DNA from: Eledone cirrhosa
Taxonomy: Eukaryota
Reading direction: 5' to 3'
DNA: 64,000 bases
Assembly (NCBI GenBank): GCA_964016885.1
Contig: OZ024743.1
Span: 32,860,001-32,924,000, forward strand
The position numbers and the translations under genes were made by a program. The notes beneath the pieces were generated by a model. The model did no database searches. It worked only from the letters and a program-made list of their open reading frames with translations, and had not been told where the DNA came from. Below, in pieces: positions 1 through 14,502 of this stretch (the first letter of the stretch is position 1; the number at the start of each line of letters is the position of its first letter).

Positions 1-59
1 GATTGTTAAGTTAGGTATACATTTACAATGTGTTACATTATTACTATCTATGTAATTAG

Positions 60-430
60 AATTTATTAGTGACCACTGATGGTTGTATTCAAGGTGACTT
101 CTTACAAGGGGATTAGTATCCATGTCTTTGCTTAGATTTACTAAAAACAATCTGTATTGGTTTATTCTAGTTGAAGATTTTTCAAAATGTAGGTGTCAAA
201 ATCTCTACTTGCTATCTTTAATTCAATTTCACTATTTTCTAGCTCACTTCAGGAAAAAGTATTATTTCTTTTTACTTTAATTAACATTATAACCTAAATT
301 TTACCAGCATTGCACCTCAATTTATTTCTCTAAAAAAAGTAAGGGGTTTCCATAGGTTTATCTACTAGATTCCTGTTTGATATCCATACTTTTGTATCAT
401 CAGAAAATAATTTAAGGTTGGATCCATCAT
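60..430 (-). mobile_element. Highly degraded CR1/L2-like LINE RT remnant
   Basis: Manual minus-strand translation gives LKLFSDDTKV, NKLRCNAGKI*VIML and LVRSHLEY, in the order expected for the FADDTK / NKLxLNxxK / LVRPHLEY motifs; many stops. Confidence 0.35.
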
Positions 431-887
431 CATCCAGTTTTTTACTGTTCTTTGAGAACATATGTACATGAATTTAGAAGAATATTTTAAAGATTCTAGT
501 TAAACTTTTTCTTTTTTACCTCTACGTTTTTAGCCTTCAATGCCACATTGAAATTCCCTTCCTAAAGATTTGTGTGAACTCTTGAAAATAGGGCTAATGT
601 CATATCAGATAGTGCCACTATCATATCAGTGCATTGGTTTAACCATATTTAAATTTAGTTAAGTATATTAAATACTTTAAATACAATATTCCCTATTAAT
701 TTGTGGATATTTTTCCACATATAGTAAATTTATATAAACATTTTACAGAAATCTTTAAATAATCAACACATTTTAAAGAAAAGGGGTAGCTTATTTTCAA
801 GAACAAATATGTTTCACATATAAAAGTTAATTTTAACTCTTTCTTTTCAAAAGATATGCAGTAAGCGCACATACACATCCACACACA

Positions 888-988
<101 letters not shown>

Positions 989-1339
989 TTCAACATCCAT
1001 TTTCCATGGTTGCATGAATTAGATGGGTTGTCACCTTATGAGACAAGACAAGTCAGGGCCCGAAAACCACATTATGCTCAACCAGATCTATATTTGGGCT
1101 TGGTTTCTACAGTTGGATGCCCTTCCCCTAAAGTGGGTACATATATATATATATCTATAAACTATTGTAGTAAACAAAAAGTAAGTAGTCACTTGAATAG
1201 AAAAAAAGAAATGTTTATGAATCTGGGGTTATATATATACTACTTGATATATTATAGTGTATATTTTTATAGAAATTTTATTTATTTACATACTATTCTC
1301 TCTTTATCATTCTAATTTCATTTGAGATTTATGACTATT

Positions 1340-2760
1340 ATTTTTCTGATTCATCATTAACTTTGAGAAGGTAACTGTCAGTATGAAACATATTTAATAT
1401 TTCCTGTCAGTATCAAAAATAGTTAAGATCAATGTGAAGCCTAATATATTTCTTCTATTTTCAACTGTTGGCTCCAGTCCTCAACAAAATCTTTCATATA
1501 ACATTTTTATATGGGTATTTATTCTAGAATATGGAACCCCACCTGGCCTTGTTAGCTGTCACAGCAATCTTTCTGAAACAGATACTACAACCATTCTCAC
1601 ATACATCGTTTCTGAGGAAAAGACAATCCCATTATACACCCATTTAGATTATTCTTTTATATCACTAATGGTTTCATAAGGCCAGATTCATCAGGCATTT
1701 CTTTTTTGTCTACTTCCTCAGTGTATTGCTTCTAAGAATTTTAATTAAAATAATGTTGCTGCTCTTAATATCAACAAAACCATCAGCTGTGTATGGCATA
1801 GGGTCGTTTGGAAAAGCTGCTCGTTTTGGTGTTTCAGTTGACATTAACAACTTGTTTGCTTCATTGCTGCTGCATATGTTGACTGAACTCTCTGGGTTTT
1901 TCTATATTTTAATGTAAATATATTGTTTTATAGCACAACAATATAAACACACCCATCCACCCATAAAAATACTCTTCTACATTCTCCATCAGATTCAGCT
2001 CGAAGGCTTTGTCTATATACCCTTACTGTACATTCTTTTGACTAGAGAACTTTAAAATAAAAAGTTTGATGTAGTCACACTGAACTGTACTAAAATACTG
2101 GCATTAGTCATATAAGGAAACAAATTCACATCTTTCATACTAGCAATTCCAATTCATACTCCATAATTAAGCACAACTTGAAATATTAATATCAACACAA
2201 CTTCTGATAATGCAGAAGAGATTTATTACAGAAAGGGGAGTTTCCTCTTCAGTATCAGAAATTATGTTTACCCTAAATTTCTGCTAATCCTTGAAAGGTT
2301 ATGAATATGCTCTACATAAGAACAGTTAGGGGATTTTCTCTACTTGCTGGTAAACACATTCGAGAATGATGTGAGAAAAATACTGTATACTTTATGTATT
2401 AGCCTCAGTTTGGGTTCACCAGTAATTTTTCAGTTTATCTAAACATGTTATAATACTTGCCCATGTTAATGATAATACTTCATGGTCCTTATTGTATCTC
2501 ACTTGCCAGATGGACTATTAAACATTTTCCTTAAATCACAGGCTTTTCTATCATAATACATTCTCAAAATCTCTTACTAAATTCACAGAATTCAGATTCC
2601 CAACACTTGGAGGGCTTTTAAATGCTGTAAGAATTTGCTGTGAAGTCAAGCTATTGGTCTACTGACCTTATGGACATGAATTTAGATCTTACTGCTGTTG
2701 TTTTTGCATTGTTCCCTTATGTAAGGCAGCAAATTCTTCTTGCATCATTTTGCCTGACAG
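1340..2760 (-). mobile_element. Ancient Gypsy-type LTR retrotransposon pol fossil (RT, RNase H, start of integrase)
   Basis: Broken minus-strand frames, in Gypsy order: LTAFKSP (RT KTAFxTP), NYG/YELELL (RNase H), RMVV...LL*QL...SRINTHIKMLYERFC*GLEPTVEN (integrase Zn-finger region), RLHIDL. Confidence 0.45.
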
Positions 2761-3267
2761 AAAAGAAAAATAGGTTCAACACTTAAAGATAGAGTGGTAA
2801 GTCTAGCTTTGAAAAGTGTTGTTTCAACAAATTTCACACATGCAATCATGGAAATATGGCTGAAGATAGAGTGAAAAAAATAAGAGAACTGAAGCTCTAG
2901 CCTCCACCTCACATTAAGAACTAAACATAAGTCAATTTTTATACAACATTCAATGGCAAATATTTTTAAAATTATATCAAAGTTACAAAGGTATTCATAT
3001 ATCTTCTCTACCTTTGGAAGATTGCTTCTTCTTTTGTATGTACTTTTATTATATTCTAGAACAGCCATTTTAACAATTTTCTATTTACCTGAAATCCACA
3101 AGTATTTGGTAGTAGTAAAGTGGTAGCAGACAAGGCAGCTGTGCTTGTTTGATATATAAAGAATAAATGAATATATTTACTGCATGAAGAAATATTACAT
3201 ATGTTGACATTTGAAGGTACATGGTAAATGAAGCAAGGCATAGAAAGACGAAGTTAGTTTTCATGAT

Positions 3268-3328
3268 CTCATAATCCTCATAGAAAGATCTCATAACCCT
3301 CATAGAAAGATCTCATATTCCTCATAGA
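3268..3328. repeat. 22-bp tandem repeat, about 2.7 copies
   Basis: CTCATAAYCCTCATAGAAAGAT repeated. Confidence 0.85.
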
Positions 3329-4746
3329 CAAGACATTCTGTACTGCAAACACCTCTAACCAATGTCATCTTCAAACATGTTAAAAAGTTGATGATACATG
3401 TAATATTTTGGCAAAATTAGTAACTTGAATATGCAATCTTATCATTTAATTGTTAAACTTATCCTGTAGCTAAATGTTCATTTACTTATTTTATACTCTT
3501 TTAAATAATCATTTCTTATTATGATATTTTTTGTTATTCCATTTATTTAGTTGTGGATATACTAAGCCATATGTATTTCTGTTCAATAGCATGCCTGGCT
3601 CTGTATGTGTTGACTTTTATGACCAACAAAGCCTTTGTATTAACCAGTCATATCAACTGAATACTCACTCAAATATCATTTGAATAAAGAAATTTAACTT
3701 TAAATAAAGAAATTTAACTTTGTTATATCCATCAGTATATGATTTATTCATGGACAGTTTTAAATAAATCTTAGCATTTCTACACAGTTTGATTTTAAAA
3801 TTATAGTTATCTTATTTTTAAAACATGTATATTGCTTTATTCAGATGGCATCTTTCAGTTATTTAATTCCTAAATAGTTCTATTTCCCCATGCAAAAAAA
3901 TGTATAATCTTATATATTTACTTAGTGAGTTGTTCACACTACTTCAGCAAGTCTACTGAAAGCAAAACTATTCTTAAAACAAAAACATATCCAGACTTGC
4001 CTCCAGCATTTGGCTGAAAAATATAAATACATCTTTTTTCATTGCATATTTATTTCAAGTTAGCTTTTGAATGGTTCGTGCATTAGATATGTTATGTCAA
4101 AGATACTTACACAATAATAAAGTAAGAATTTTTCAACATTATCTCATAGATACTTCTTAAGTGAAGGTACACCACCAATTTTCCAGCAACTTTGGTCACA
4201 TTATCTGTTTTACTGAACTAACAGAAACCATATTATAATTCATGTAAATTTTGTAGGAGATTTTAAACATGTGATCTTATGAACATTTTGCCACTACATA
4301 TATTCACTAGAAACATATGAAAAGGGGAAACATTTTTCTAATACCTCAGCTAAAATGATATGAAGGGTCAAATGTTTAAAATGAAGCCTAATGCCATATG
4401 CTTACCTCCAAATCTTTGAAGACCTTTCCAAGATCTTCTCCTACGTAATTGGGAAAGGCATATATTTATCATTTCTTCCGTCATGTTGAGACACTGTATT
4501 CTCTGCAGTGAAGGTAAATTATATGTTAATATGCTCTTCACAATTACGATTTGAGGTTTAGGAGTCTAACCCATGCTAGCGTGGAAGATGAACGTTAAAG
4601 GATGATGACGATGTTTGTGTGTGGCATTTGATTTATTTTAAATACATATACCTTTATATTAATTGTAAGTTGTGGAAAATTTAATGCTTTACTCATAAAG
4701 AGTTGCTAGACCATCAATTGCCAATAGTTTGGTGGTGTACCTGTAT

Positions 4747-4779
<33 letters not shown>

Positions 4780-4861
4780 TTGCATGCATGTACATTTCTC
4801 TGTACAATTTTAAAGATAGAAACCATACATAATTCATAAGCATGGAAAAATGTATATAAAA

Positions 4862-5040
4862 TAATTATTTCTACTTTTGGCACAAGGCCAGCAATTACCC
4901 CAGTACATTACTGGTACTTTATTTTATCAACCCTGTAAGGATGAAAGGCAAAGTTAACTTCGGCGGGATTTGAACTCAGTTCGTAAAGGGATGTAACTAT
5001 GCTAGAAAGCATGGCGTCCGACCCTCTACCGATACTGCCA
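4862..5040 (-). mobile_element. SINE family B
   Basis: Reverse complement of the copies at 36368 and 51378: tRNA-like head with GAGTTCAAATCC B box, core TTTGCCTTTCATCCTTAC, end GCTGGCCTTGTGCCAAAA. Confidence 0.8.
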
Positions 5041-5924
5041 ATTAAAATAATGATGATGGTGCATGAGTGCATGCAGGCATATTTAGATATGTGTTCATCT
5101 AATGTTGGCAGAATGTTCATTAAGTAAATTTTGTTTGGAGAAAGGATTGCATAAGTTTCAGTCATGCAGAGTTTTCATGATTATTTTGTAATTGTATGGT
5201 TTGTTATGTGTAAGTATTTTCTAAGTAATGCCATATGGGGTATTCTAGGATTCCAACAAATAGAACTTGAAAAACTGTGAGAAGCTGGAAATTTCCAGAG
5301 GATACCAGTTATGGGGAAGATGGATTAAGAGTGTTTAGTGCAGGTTTTTGATAATTAAAACACATCAAAGTTGAGAAGACAGGTAAGAATCATAGCCTGC
5401 TAATTCAGGAGAACATTAACAGCTCTTTCACTATTAAGATGGTATTTGTAATATAATTTAACAAAAAGCTCTTATATAAAATTATGTTGGAAGATCTTAA
5501 TTTAGATAGAATCTCTTTAAAATTAGTTGTTTTCTATATCATAGAAGCAGGGGCAGTTTTTGGCAGGCTGGTATCAAATGGTAGACAATGCAGATAAATG
5601 GTGAGTCTGTGTGCAAGTGCTTGTAGTTTATTAAGGGAGTTATTGTAAATCCAACAAATGTTCTCTTCTCTCTTGCACATTACATCCAATTCCTCTTAGT
5701 TTACTTATGCTATGTCATTCATGCACACTAACATTACACATCCATTGGACCATGCATCTCACTTCGTTTATAACCAGACTTATATGTATGTGTGTGTATG
5801 TATTATATATATGTGTATATATATATATCAGATAAGGTGTGGTAAAAGCAAGGTAAACCATAACCCACCCATACATATGTGTGTATTTGTGTGTGTATAT
5901 ATATATATACATATATATATAGCA

Positions 5925-6678
5925 TAATAGCTAGAACAATGATAGGATGGAAAAAGAGTAGAGAGCTACTCTGACCGTTAACTAGAAAAGAGTTCTCCAT
6001 ACATACAAAAGGATGACTGTACGATGACTGTGTGTGAAGTCTAATGCTGCATTGTAGTGAAACATGCGCTGAAACTGCAGATGACATGCAAGAAATGGAT
6101 CAACCATGCTTTGCTGTATGTGCAAAGTCTATGTCTAGGGCGGGTAAAATTCCCGAGATCCATGGACAAGTTCTTTCCAGCGGTCTCTCTCCCTCATTAT
6201 TGCTGCCATGTCCTGCGACTCCAAGAGACCAGTGTCTGTCCTTAGGACATAAACATATGTTAACCTTGGTCTTCCTCTTCCTGTGTGTCTATGCAGGGGC
6301 TCCCACAAGAGCACTGAGTGAAGTTTCAACTCTAGATGTTGGTGCAATGTAAGTGTGAGAAAAAGCAGAGCTTGGAAGAGTTGAGGGAGAAGCTAGGTTT
6401 AAGAGGAATCCAAGGTGGTGTGCAGGAGAGAAGACTGCGTTGGTATGGACATGTGATGCGCATGGACGATGATTGTTGGATGAAGAAGTGCCAGGAAATG
6501 CCAGTGGAAGGAAGTCATGGTAGAGGTAGACTAAGAAAAACCTAACCAGATATTATGAGAGCTGATCTCAAATCACTGAGATTCAGAGATGATGAAAATG
6601 CTGTGCTGAGAACGACCCATCCAACGCATACATGCATGGAAAAACAGTCCTAAAAACGATGATGATGATGATGATGAC
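5925..6678 (+). mobile_element. Degraded 3' fragment of RTE LINE, interrupted at 6135-6349
   Basis: GWKKSRELL, MLHCSET and [13 protein letters not shown] motifs; (GAT)n tail. Confidence 0.8.
6135..6349 (-). mobile_element. 3' end of RTE-clade LINE family B nested in the RTE fragment
   Basis: HTGRGRPRLTYV...WKELVHGSREFYPP matches the 3' end of the 36545-39730 element. Confidence 0.85.
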
Positions 6679-7312
6679 ACCTGAACTGTTGACCTCTCAA
6701 CATGACTGCAACTCACACACGTGCACACACATTCCTACTGACCGATTCATTTCTATTATCACAACAATGAACCACTTTGCTACACACACACACACATACA
6801 TATTTGTCTTAATAGACACCTGAACTGTTGACCTCTCAACATGATTGCAACTCAATCAAGCGGACACTCTTTGACAAACCTACATTTGGCGTGAAACCAG
6901 TTCGCGCTAAAATCAATTTAAACATTCACGTGACTTCTACCGACCAATCAAGATTGTTTTGCGTACAAGAATTTTTGCACCACAAATTGGTGCAAAATTT
7001 ATAGTGCTTATTCACGTGACATTCAACAACCAAATCTTAATACCTCCCAAGCCACTTTTTTCACATAAAACAGGAAGAATTTCAAAAACTGATCAGATTA
7101 GAGCAAAAATCATGAGCACTATTATTTTTGAAAAGCATAAGAAATGCTTAAAACTTAAAACTAAAACTGAATACTAACTAATACTTATTATTAATTTATA
7201 CTTATTCCTATTTAAACTATTTTTCACTGGGAAAAATTTGTCAGCATTTTCTTTTCCTTTTTACTAATATATCACAACTCGTGTGTCACACCTCTATTTT
7301 TTTTAAATATAT
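6676..7312 (+). mobile_element. Non-coding interspersed repeat ending in (TA)n, same family as 30253-31000
   Basis: Colinear with the reverse complement of 30253-30784; 40-bp internal direct duplication at 6676 and 6815. Confidence 0.75.
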
Positions 7313-7324
7313 ATATATATATAT

Positions 7325-7429
7325 GCGTGTGTGTCCCCAAAAAATGTATACACACTGCAACAGCATTCTTATAAATGTTGCCTGTACAGGTAATCAAAGT
7401 ATGTATACATTTTTTAGAGACATCCTGTA
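7325..7429. mobile_element. Small Tc1/mariner-type MITE
   Basis: Inverted ends GTGTCCCCAAAAAATGTATACA / TGTATACATTTTTTAGAGACATCCTGTA in TA context. Confidence 0.6.
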
Positions 7430-7742
7430 TATAAATATATATATATGTGTGTGTGTGTGTATATGTATTGGTGCCAAAACAAAAGTGTCAAGCCCACACT
7501 GTAAAGTGGTCATCTAGGTGACACAACAAAAAGTACCCAGTATACACTGATACACTGATATACTGTAAATGTGGTTGGTGTTAGAAAGAGCATCCAGCTT
7601 TAGAAACCTACCCCAAATCAGTTCTGTAGGAGTAAGACATGGTTATCTGATCTGGCTTGTCTCACAACAGAATAAATGGTCGAACCCATGCTAGTGTGGA
7701 AAAATGGCCATTAAACGGTTGTGATGATATACATATAGGTAT

Positions 7743-8092
7743 ATCATCATCATCATCATTATTTCATTTTACGTCCGCTTTTTCCCTGCTTGCAAGGGTG
7801 GGATGGGAACTGATTCTGGCTTGATTTCTACAGCTGGATGCCCTTCCTAACACCAACCTCATTTACAGTGAGTGCTGGGTGCTTTTTTGCCGTGGCACCT
7901 TCACGACCACTTTGCAGTGGAATGATAGGGGCCCCAGTCCCTATCATCTCATTTCTACAGCTGAGTAAACTGGAGCAATGTGAAATAAAGTGTCTTGCTC
8001 AAGGAAACAACACATCACCCGGTCTGAGAATTGAACTCACAACCTTTCGATTGCAAGGCCAATGCTCTAACCACTAAGCCATGTGCCTCCAC
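7743..8092 (-). mobile_element. tRNA-derived SINE family A with RTE-derived tail
   Basis: Head GGAGGCACATGGCTTAGTGGTTAGAGCA (A box) and GAGTTCAATTC (B box), core CCTTGAGCAAGACACTTT, RTE 3' UTR and (GAT)n tail; matches 60311-60689. Confidence 0.85.
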
Positions 8093-8385
8093 ATATATAT
8101 ATATATATATGTATGTATATATGTATCATCATCATCACCGTTTAATGTCCATTTTTCCATGCTAGCATGGGTTAGACGGGTTGTCCCATTTGAGGCAAGT
8201 TGTGTCAGGTGACTGTGTTGCACACAGATTCTGGCTTGGTTTCTACAGCTGGATTCCATTCCTAATGCCAGTCACATTTACAGTGTGTACTGGGTGCTTT
8301 TTGTTGTGACACCTGCATAACTATTTTATAGTGACGGTCTTTACCCTTTTATGTATGTATATATCTATATATGAATGTGTATATA

Positions 8386-8416
<31 letters not shown>

Positions 8417-8479
8417 GTTTGTATATCTATATGTGTCTGTATATATATATTTCCGTATATACGTTTGTATATGTATATA

Positions 8480-8521
<42 letters not shown>

Positions 8522-8616
8522 TGTATATGTATATATGTTTGTATATGTATATATGTTTGTATATGTATATATGTTTGCATATGTATATATGTGTGTGTGT
8601 GTATATATATATATAT

Positions 8617-9923
8617 ACGGAGGAGTTTAAGACCAGATGCCCATGGGAACTCCTGTATGCTGATGACCTCGCACTTATAGCTGAATCTATGGTAGAACTA
8701 GAGAATAAATTCCAAACTTGGAAGCAGGGACTAGAAAGAAAGGGTCTCAAAGTCAACATGACAAAGACTAAGGTCCTTGTAAGTAGACGAGAAAACAGAA
8801 CCCAGATCTCCTCAGGGAAATGGCCTTGCTCAGTATGTAGGAAAGGTGTAGGTAGGAACTCCATTCTCTGCCCCAAATGCAAACAATGGGTACACAAGAG
8901 ATGTAGCGGGATCTCAGGAAGCTTAATTAAGAATGTAGGCTTCACATGCAGCAGCTGTGCTGGGACAGCAAGCAGCAAACAGCCACAGGAAACAAGTACC
9001 ACCAATCTCTGGGAGGGCTCTGTAGAAACAGTAGACAGCTTCTGCTACCTAGGTGACCGAATTAGCAGCGGAGGTGGGTGTTCAGAAAGTACAATAACTA
9101 GGGTAAGAACGGGATGGAAGAAGTTTAGGGAACTACTACCACTGCTAGCTGCAAAAGGCTTCTCCCTCAGAATGAAAGGCAGACTGTATGCGTGTATCCG
9201 AACAGCAATGTCGCATGGTAGTGAGACCTGGGTGCTGAAGGTGGAAGACTTACGTAGATTAGAAAGAAACGAAGCCTGCATGCTCCGATGGATGTGTAAT
9301 AGTAATATACGCGAACGGCAAAGCATAAATGAATTGAGAGAGAGACTGAGCATAAGAGGAATCAAATGCTGTGTGCAGGAGAGGCGGTTGCGCTGGTATG
9401 GACATGTGATGCGTATGAAGGATGACAGCTGCATAAAAAGGTGCAGAGCACTAGAAGCCGATGGAAACCGCGGAGTGGAGAGACCCAAGATGACCTGGGA
9501 TGAAGTGATAAAAGCCGACCTTACCCAATTACACCTCTCAAAGGCAATGACACACGACCGTGACCTCTGGCGTCACGCAGTAATACAGCGTACCCGACCT
9601 CCCATGGGTACAAGCTGAAGCATATAGACAATATGCCCCCACACCCTTCCACTGCAAGGTGGTCGTGGAGGTGCCACGGCAAAAAAGCACCCAGCCCACA
9701 CTGTAAAGTGGACGTGTAGGCGCCACGAAAAAGCACCCAGCACTCACTGTAAATGAGGTTGGTGTTAGGAAGGGCATCCAGCTGTAGAAATCAAGCTAAA
9801 TCAGTTCCTGTATGAGCAAGGCATGGTCAGCCAACCAGACACTGCCCACAACAGGACAACCCGTCTAACCCATGCTAGCGTGGAAGAACGGACGTAAAAC
9901 GGTGATGATGATGATGATGATGA
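8617..9923 (+). mobile_element. 5'-truncated RTE LINE inserted next to (TA)n; RT C-terminus with PHD-like finger, ORF ends at 9618
   Basis: ELLYADDL, C4HC3 finger, [20 protein letters not shown]; 3' UTR and (GAT)n tail. Confidence 0.93.
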
Positions 9924-10029
9924 CTGCTGCTTTCCCTAACACAAGGAGAGGGGGCAGTAAAAGAAGCCCTAAATAAATGCTTGCTTAATCTTTTAACTTG
10001 GCAGTTTAACTGCAGCAGTCTGGTTATCC

Positions 10030-13000
10030 AAATATGCAATTGAAACAAAACATATTTGTTCCTGGAATGTTAGAGCACTTTAGGACAGCAGCTCAAATCT
10101 GGAATGAAGATCAACCCTCATCAGCAATGCACTTAATAGATATACTATCGATATGTGTGTCCGATAAGTGAAACCTGACTTCCTGGCACATCCCCAATGG
10201 CAGAAGTAAGAGAAGGAAACACAGTCTTCTGATCTGAAAAAAGTGAAGACCACCATCAAGTTGGTGTTGGTGTTGGTTTTATCGATAGATGTAACATCAT
10301 GTCCCAAAGGTGTCAGTGATCATGTCATGACTATTTCTCTGGATCTAGCAAGCAACACCTCTATTACATTAGTGAGATATTTTGCCCCAACTCCCTATTC
10401 ATCTAAGCAGGATATCAAAATATTCTATGATCAGCTTCACACATTTGTCTCTACTGTTCCATACAAGTTCAAGCTTATCATAATGTAAGACTTCAATGCT
10501 AGATTTGGAAATAACTATCATTGGGTTTTATGGAGGCAGAGCTATGAACTCAAATAGGTTTAGGCTGCTTTTATTCTGCAAAGAATTTGATCTTAGCATC
10601 ACCAATAGCTTTTTTTGAACAATCAGCAAACCATAAGGCACCATAAATACATCCTAGATCCAAGAATTGGCACATGATTACCGATGTCATCCCATACAGG
10701 TGAGACCTAAAATATTTCAAAATCACTAGCTCTTTTCACAGTTCATGCTCTCTCAGATCATGCACTGTTGCACAGTAAGGTTTTATTAAATCTTCACAAC
10801 AAAAGTTGCCTTAAAAAGCCACCTATTTCACCCAATATTGATGTGGGGTCTTTGAGATCCACTGTTAGAAGGTTGGAACTTTCTACAAAACTTGTCTCAA
10901 CCCTCGACCCTGTCCAGATTTCTGATGAGATTGAGGCTTCCTGGAAAGCACCAAAAGAGACCACCTTTGACACCTCTGTAGAAATCTTAGGGGTTACAAT
11001 GACCAGGATTAGTTTAATGAAAGCAACTCAGATAACCAGAACCTTATCAGTAAGATGCATAAACTGCATTGGCTTGGAGATAAAAACTCAACAACTAAAA
11101 AGAAAACCCATGAACATTGTAAACAGCAGGCATAGTCTTCACTTAGAAGGACGAAGAATGTTTGGCAGGCAACTAAAGCACCTAACTACAAGAAACTGCT
11201 AATAAAAAGGACTCAAGAGCCTTTTATAATAGTCTGAAGGTGGAATAAGTTCTAAAAGAGAACAGATCAAATCCAGTTATGTCTTCTGATGGAACAACCC
11301 TATACACAGACAAAACTGAGATATTCTCTTGATGGAAGGAACACTTTAAAAAGCTCTATATTCAGGTATCACTTAGGCCAGAGAAACCTGAATTAGCATT
11401 CAATCCAAACTTGAATGAAGTACAAGCTGCTATTAAGGAACTGTCATCCAATAAAGATTTTGGTAAAGATAGCATCCCACCTGAAATTTTCAAATATGGT
11501 TGTCAAAAACTGGCTATTTCTGGAAACCTGGAAAGATGAACATGTCCCTCGAGACTTCAGAGATGCATCTATAATCTATCTCTTTAAGAACTAAGGAAAA
11601 AATATGTAACTACTGTCACAGCCTCTCTCTTCTTTGTATTGCTGGTAATGTACTAGACATTGTCATTCTCAATAGGATTACATCCACACATGTTGATGAT
11701 ATCTACCCTGAAAACCAATGTAGTTTCCACATAGGTTTGGGTACTACTGACATGATCTTCTCCCTTTGCCAGGTTGCAGAGAAGGTTCCTGAAAATAAAC
11801 CTGGAGCTGTTTATGGTTTTTGTCAATTTGATTAAATCTTTTGATGTTGTCAATCTCAAAGCTCTCTGGAAAATCATCAAAAAGCTTGCCATATCTAGCA
11901 ATATGCTGGATGTTATCATGTCTTTTCATAAGGGCATCAAAGCATCAATTTGTCAAATGGTGAATGTTCTGAGATCTTTGGTGTCACAAATAGCATGAAG
12001 CAGGTTTGTGTCATGGCTCCTGTTTTCTTTGTTTTGTTCTTTGTAATACTCTAGAATGCATTTGGCAACTTAGACACTGGTGTCAGATTTGAATTCCATA
12101 CATCAGGTGAGCTTTTCAACCATCAGTGCTTTAAGGCTAAAACACTTACACAAATTATTATTTAAGATATACCATTTGCAACATCTCTTGAAGAGGCACA
12201 AGAATTGATGAACTGCTTCTCACTTGCCTGTAAGTCATTTTGTTTAACAATCAGCATTAAGAAGTAGATGTCAAGCAGGTGCAACCAGGCCATGAGTATT
12301 CCCATTTTCCCATCACTGTTGATGGCAAGGATCTGAAGTATTTGAACTCCTTTACTAAACTTGGCAGCAAGGTGAAACCCTCTGCAACCCTGGATGATGA
12401 GATTGTCAATTACATCTGTACAGCAACAGGTGCTTCTGACAAACTATATCATCAACTATGAGATTTCAGAAGTATATTCCTGAACACAAAAGTTGCAGTT
12501 TATTGTGCAGTGGTACTGACAATACTTTTATATGAATCAAAGTCATTGACACCTTATTGCACCCACATTTGTAAGCTTGATGTCTTCCACAAACATTGTC
12601 TTTTCTCTATCTGTAGTTATGTACTTTCTGACAGAGAGTCCAATGCTGATCTATTCACAAGGTAAAACATCAGTGGAATTGAGTCATTTCTAATGCAATC
12701 CTAACTCAGATGTCCCTATGGATGACTGAGAACCACACACTAAAGCTATTGATTCAACTTTATAATGGTGCACATAATGTTGACAGACCATTACTCAGAT
12801 ATAAAAACAAACTGAAGTAGAATCTTAAATCTGCGAACATAACTCTTACTTCTTTTGAAGCCTTAGCTGCTTACTATGGAAAATGGAGAACTGCCGGCAA
12901 TGAAGGTATAAAGAACTTTGAAAATATCATCTGGTCCATCTTCATGGTCTAAGATCTAACACCAAAATTCAGTCAAAACTTCCATCCTGTTCCACTCAAA

Positions 13001-13090
13001 CTTCTGTCATCTGTACTAAATGTGGCTTGATATATAAATCAGTAATTGGACTGAAGGGCCATTTAAGGCATAATCATAAAAAATGAACTG
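10030..13090 (+). mobile_element. Near full-length degraded RTE/BovB-like LINE
   Basis: APE remnants (SWNVR, YFAPT, DFNAR), RT remnants (FVNLIKSFDVV, FTKLGS), C-terminal zinc-finger-like remnant; many stops. Confidence 0.8.
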
Positions 13091-13181
13091 AGAAGACTGT
13101 TGAACCCTCATATGTCGAAATATGATGGGAGAGTTTGTTATATATGTGTACATATATATAAATACATATATGTATATTATT

Positions 13182-13221
<40 letters not shown>

Positions 13222-13466
13222 TACACCACCCTCCCAACACACACATACATATCCCCCCCCCTGCTCACATTCCTAGCTGCTACCCACTTGTGAAATGATT
13301 GATGATGGGAAGGGCATCTAGCCCTAGAGATCTTCCCAAACAAAGGGTTGAGAGTGCTCTTCAGTCATGCCAAGGACATGATGGCCTCCTAGCGTTTGGT
13401 GATCTACACAATAAACACACATGCTGTAAAGAGTTTGTTGATAGGAAAAGCATCCAGCTGTATAAA

Positions 13467-14287
13467 TCTGGGGTCACAAAAAATATTTAAAATATAAACA
13501 ACTACAAATTTCCTCCTTCGAAATAATCTCCTTCAAGTCTAATGCACTGTCTCATTGTTCTCCACTATGCTTCCATACACACCTGGAAATATTCTCCAGG
13601 GATTCTCCACCTCTTGATGGCTTCCATATCCAGAAAATGGGTCGTACTTGAAGATAAATGACTCTTCACCAGTGATGCAAGTCTGGTTCAGTTTTAAGAC
13701 AATCAAGGATGTCCTGACACACCTCCATGCACCACTCCTTCTGGTCATCGTTCAGCTGCTTTGACCCCATTTTTGCACAGATCTGCCACATGCCCAAATG
13801 CTGTCATGGTTCATATCCAGCTCCTTTGCAATCAATTGAACAGTCAACTAAGGATCACCACACACCACATATCTCATGTGCTCAATGTTGGCCACAGTCC
13901 TGCTCATTGAAGGTCTTCCACTCCTGGAGTCATCTTCTATGTTCTCACATCCTACTTTGAACCATTTGTGACACTCGAAAACCCATGAGTGTGACATCAT
14001 CTCATCTCTGTACACTTCCTGCAGTATTCCAAGTGCTGACAGTTTTCCCCAGCCGGACCAGAAACTTCAGGCTGGTTCATTGCTTTGTGCCCATCTCTCA
14101 TCAGCCTAAAATCAAGGAGCTGTTAACAAAAGCATGTGAATAAGCATACAATGACTCCAGAGAGCTGAGATCAGAGTTATATACTCCCCTGATATTACAT
14201 CACACAGTGACACTACCCTCTAATCCCTACCCAACTCATAGCTCACACAGCACACTAGATCCTGTTATTTTTCTGACACACCTTATG
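13467..14287 (-). mobile_element. Degraded, internally deleted mariner transposon
   Basis: ITGEESFIFKYDP (TGDE motif), QLNDDQKEWC and C-terminal GDYFEG; TIR-like end at 14261-14287. Confidence 0.75.
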
Positions 14288-14382
14288 TGTGTGTGTGTGT
14301 ATGTATCCTGGGTTAAATCGGGGGTAACCACAGTAAGTAAGGTACTCAATACATATCAGAGTATAAATGTTTAATATAGAAT

Positions 14383-14435
14383 TGGCTTCTGCAGGACTAG
14401 AACTGTTTCATTTGAAGGAAATCATCAGGAAGCCA
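14383..14435 (-). ncRNA. Type I hammerhead ribozyme-like motif in a short insertion between microsatellites (14305-14435)
   Basis: tggcttc-CTGATGA-tttccttcaaat-GAAA-cag(ttctagtc)ctg-CA-gaagcca; 7-bp stem I; U16.1 replaced by C. Confidence 0.6.

Positions 14436-14499
<64 letters not shown>

Positions 14500-14502
<3 letters not shown>

Noticed and set aside
1340-4500. Endogenous viral element hypothesis for the coding-like AT-rich DNA
   Set aside because: The recognisable motifs fit Gypsy pol better; 2760-4500 remains unassigned.
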